Shown here piece after piece: positions 62,991 through 64,000 of a stretch of DNA of 64,000 nt. The number at the start of each line of letters is the position of its first letter. The stretch's first letter is position 1. Origin of the DNA: Eledone cirrhosa (lineage: Eukaryota); the NCBI GenBank assembly GCA_964016885.1, contig OZ024746.1, positions 1,426,001-1,490,000 of the forward strand. Direction: 5' to 3'. The notes under the pieces are model-generated. The model was not told the origin of the DNA, did not search any database, and saw nothing but the letters and a program-made list of their open reading frames with translations. The position numbers and the translations under genes are program-made.

Positions 62991-64000
62991 ATGTACATAA
63001 CTAAGGAATGTTTATCACTTTGGAGGATCTTTAAAATAATTATTATTACAAGGGAAGTGGATTGACAGAATCGGTAGAGCGTCGGATACCCTGCTTTGTG
63101 GTATTCTAGCTCTTTACATTCATCACCTTTGTCTAGTTCCACGCTGGCATGGGTTACAAGAGTTGTCCCATTGTGAGAAGCCAGATCAGATGACCTTATC
63201 TTGCTCATACAGAACTGTTTCTTGCTTGGTTTCTATGACTAGATGCCTGTCCTAATACTAACCACAGTGTTGACTGGGTGCTTTTTGTGACACCTACATG
63301 ACCACCTTGAGATCAACTTTGCTTGCCTTTCGCTTTTGGGATATTTATTCATCTATTCAATTTAAATGTCTGTATAAAGCTAGTAAGCCATGACAGACTA
63401 GGGTAAGTATTGAGTACTCCTTACAGTTGGTAATCAAAAGGTGCTTGGGAGACAGATTATGGATGGAAGCTGTTTTACAGAGGCAAGTTTCTGTTGAATA
63501 TCTTCATATCTTCCATTGAGACTGGCATGTCAGGAGGAACCAGTATCTATAGCCTTGTCTGTAACACTAGAGATGACTGAGGGCGGGAGGGGTGATGACG
63601 TCGACAGGAAGGGAGGGGTGGTGATGTCGACTGAGGAAGGGAGGGGTGGTGACGTCGACTGAGGGAGGAAGGGGTGATGATAAACTACAGAAGCAGTGTT
63701 TAACATTCGCTACACTTGTGGGTTTGTAAATTTATAATATTTCATCACCGTTTTACGTCCGTTCTTCCACGCTAGCATGGGTTAGACGGGTTGTCCTATT
63801 GTGGGCAATGTTAGGTCGGGTGACCTTGTCTTGCTCTTACGGGAACTGATTCTGGCTTGATTTCTACAGCTGGATGCTTTTTTTCCGTGGCGCCTACACA
63901 ACCACTTTACAGTGGGAAAGAGTGGGGTCATATTGTCCATATGCATCAGCTTCAACTTGTACCCGTGGGAAGTCAGGTCGTGTGTATGTTTATTTAGAAA

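Noticed and set aside
61976-63065. Overlapping Cys/His/Pro-rich ORFs downstream of SSRP1
   Set aside because: The sequence is open in several frames because it is a low-complexity minisatellite. There is no splice or domain evidence.

Overview
This is eukaryotic, AT-rich, repeat-dense animal DNA. The SINE/RTE-LINE families suggest a coleoid cephalopod, probably an octopod (inference). Four spliced genes were reconstructed by hand from GT-AG boundaries and reading-frame phase: HPS4 (minus strand, running off the left edge), an RDH13-like short-chain dehydrogenase (plus), SURF6 (minus) and a complete 16-exon SSRP1 (plus). They form two divergent pairs, with RDH13 and SURF6 tightly convergent. 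Introns hold a decayed near full-length RTE LINE, LINE fragments, tRNA-derived SINEs, several MITE types, a triple non-autonomous Helitron and many minisatellites. Most long ORFs in the supplied track are satellite artefacts. Three observations stand out. Several minisatellites are tandem amplifications of transposon ends, especially retroelement 5' ends. The RDH13-like gene has FYQSH in place of the catalytic YxxxK. Intronic inverted repeats could form dsRNA. Gene names come from recalled similarity, not a database search, and copy numbers are by-eye estimates.
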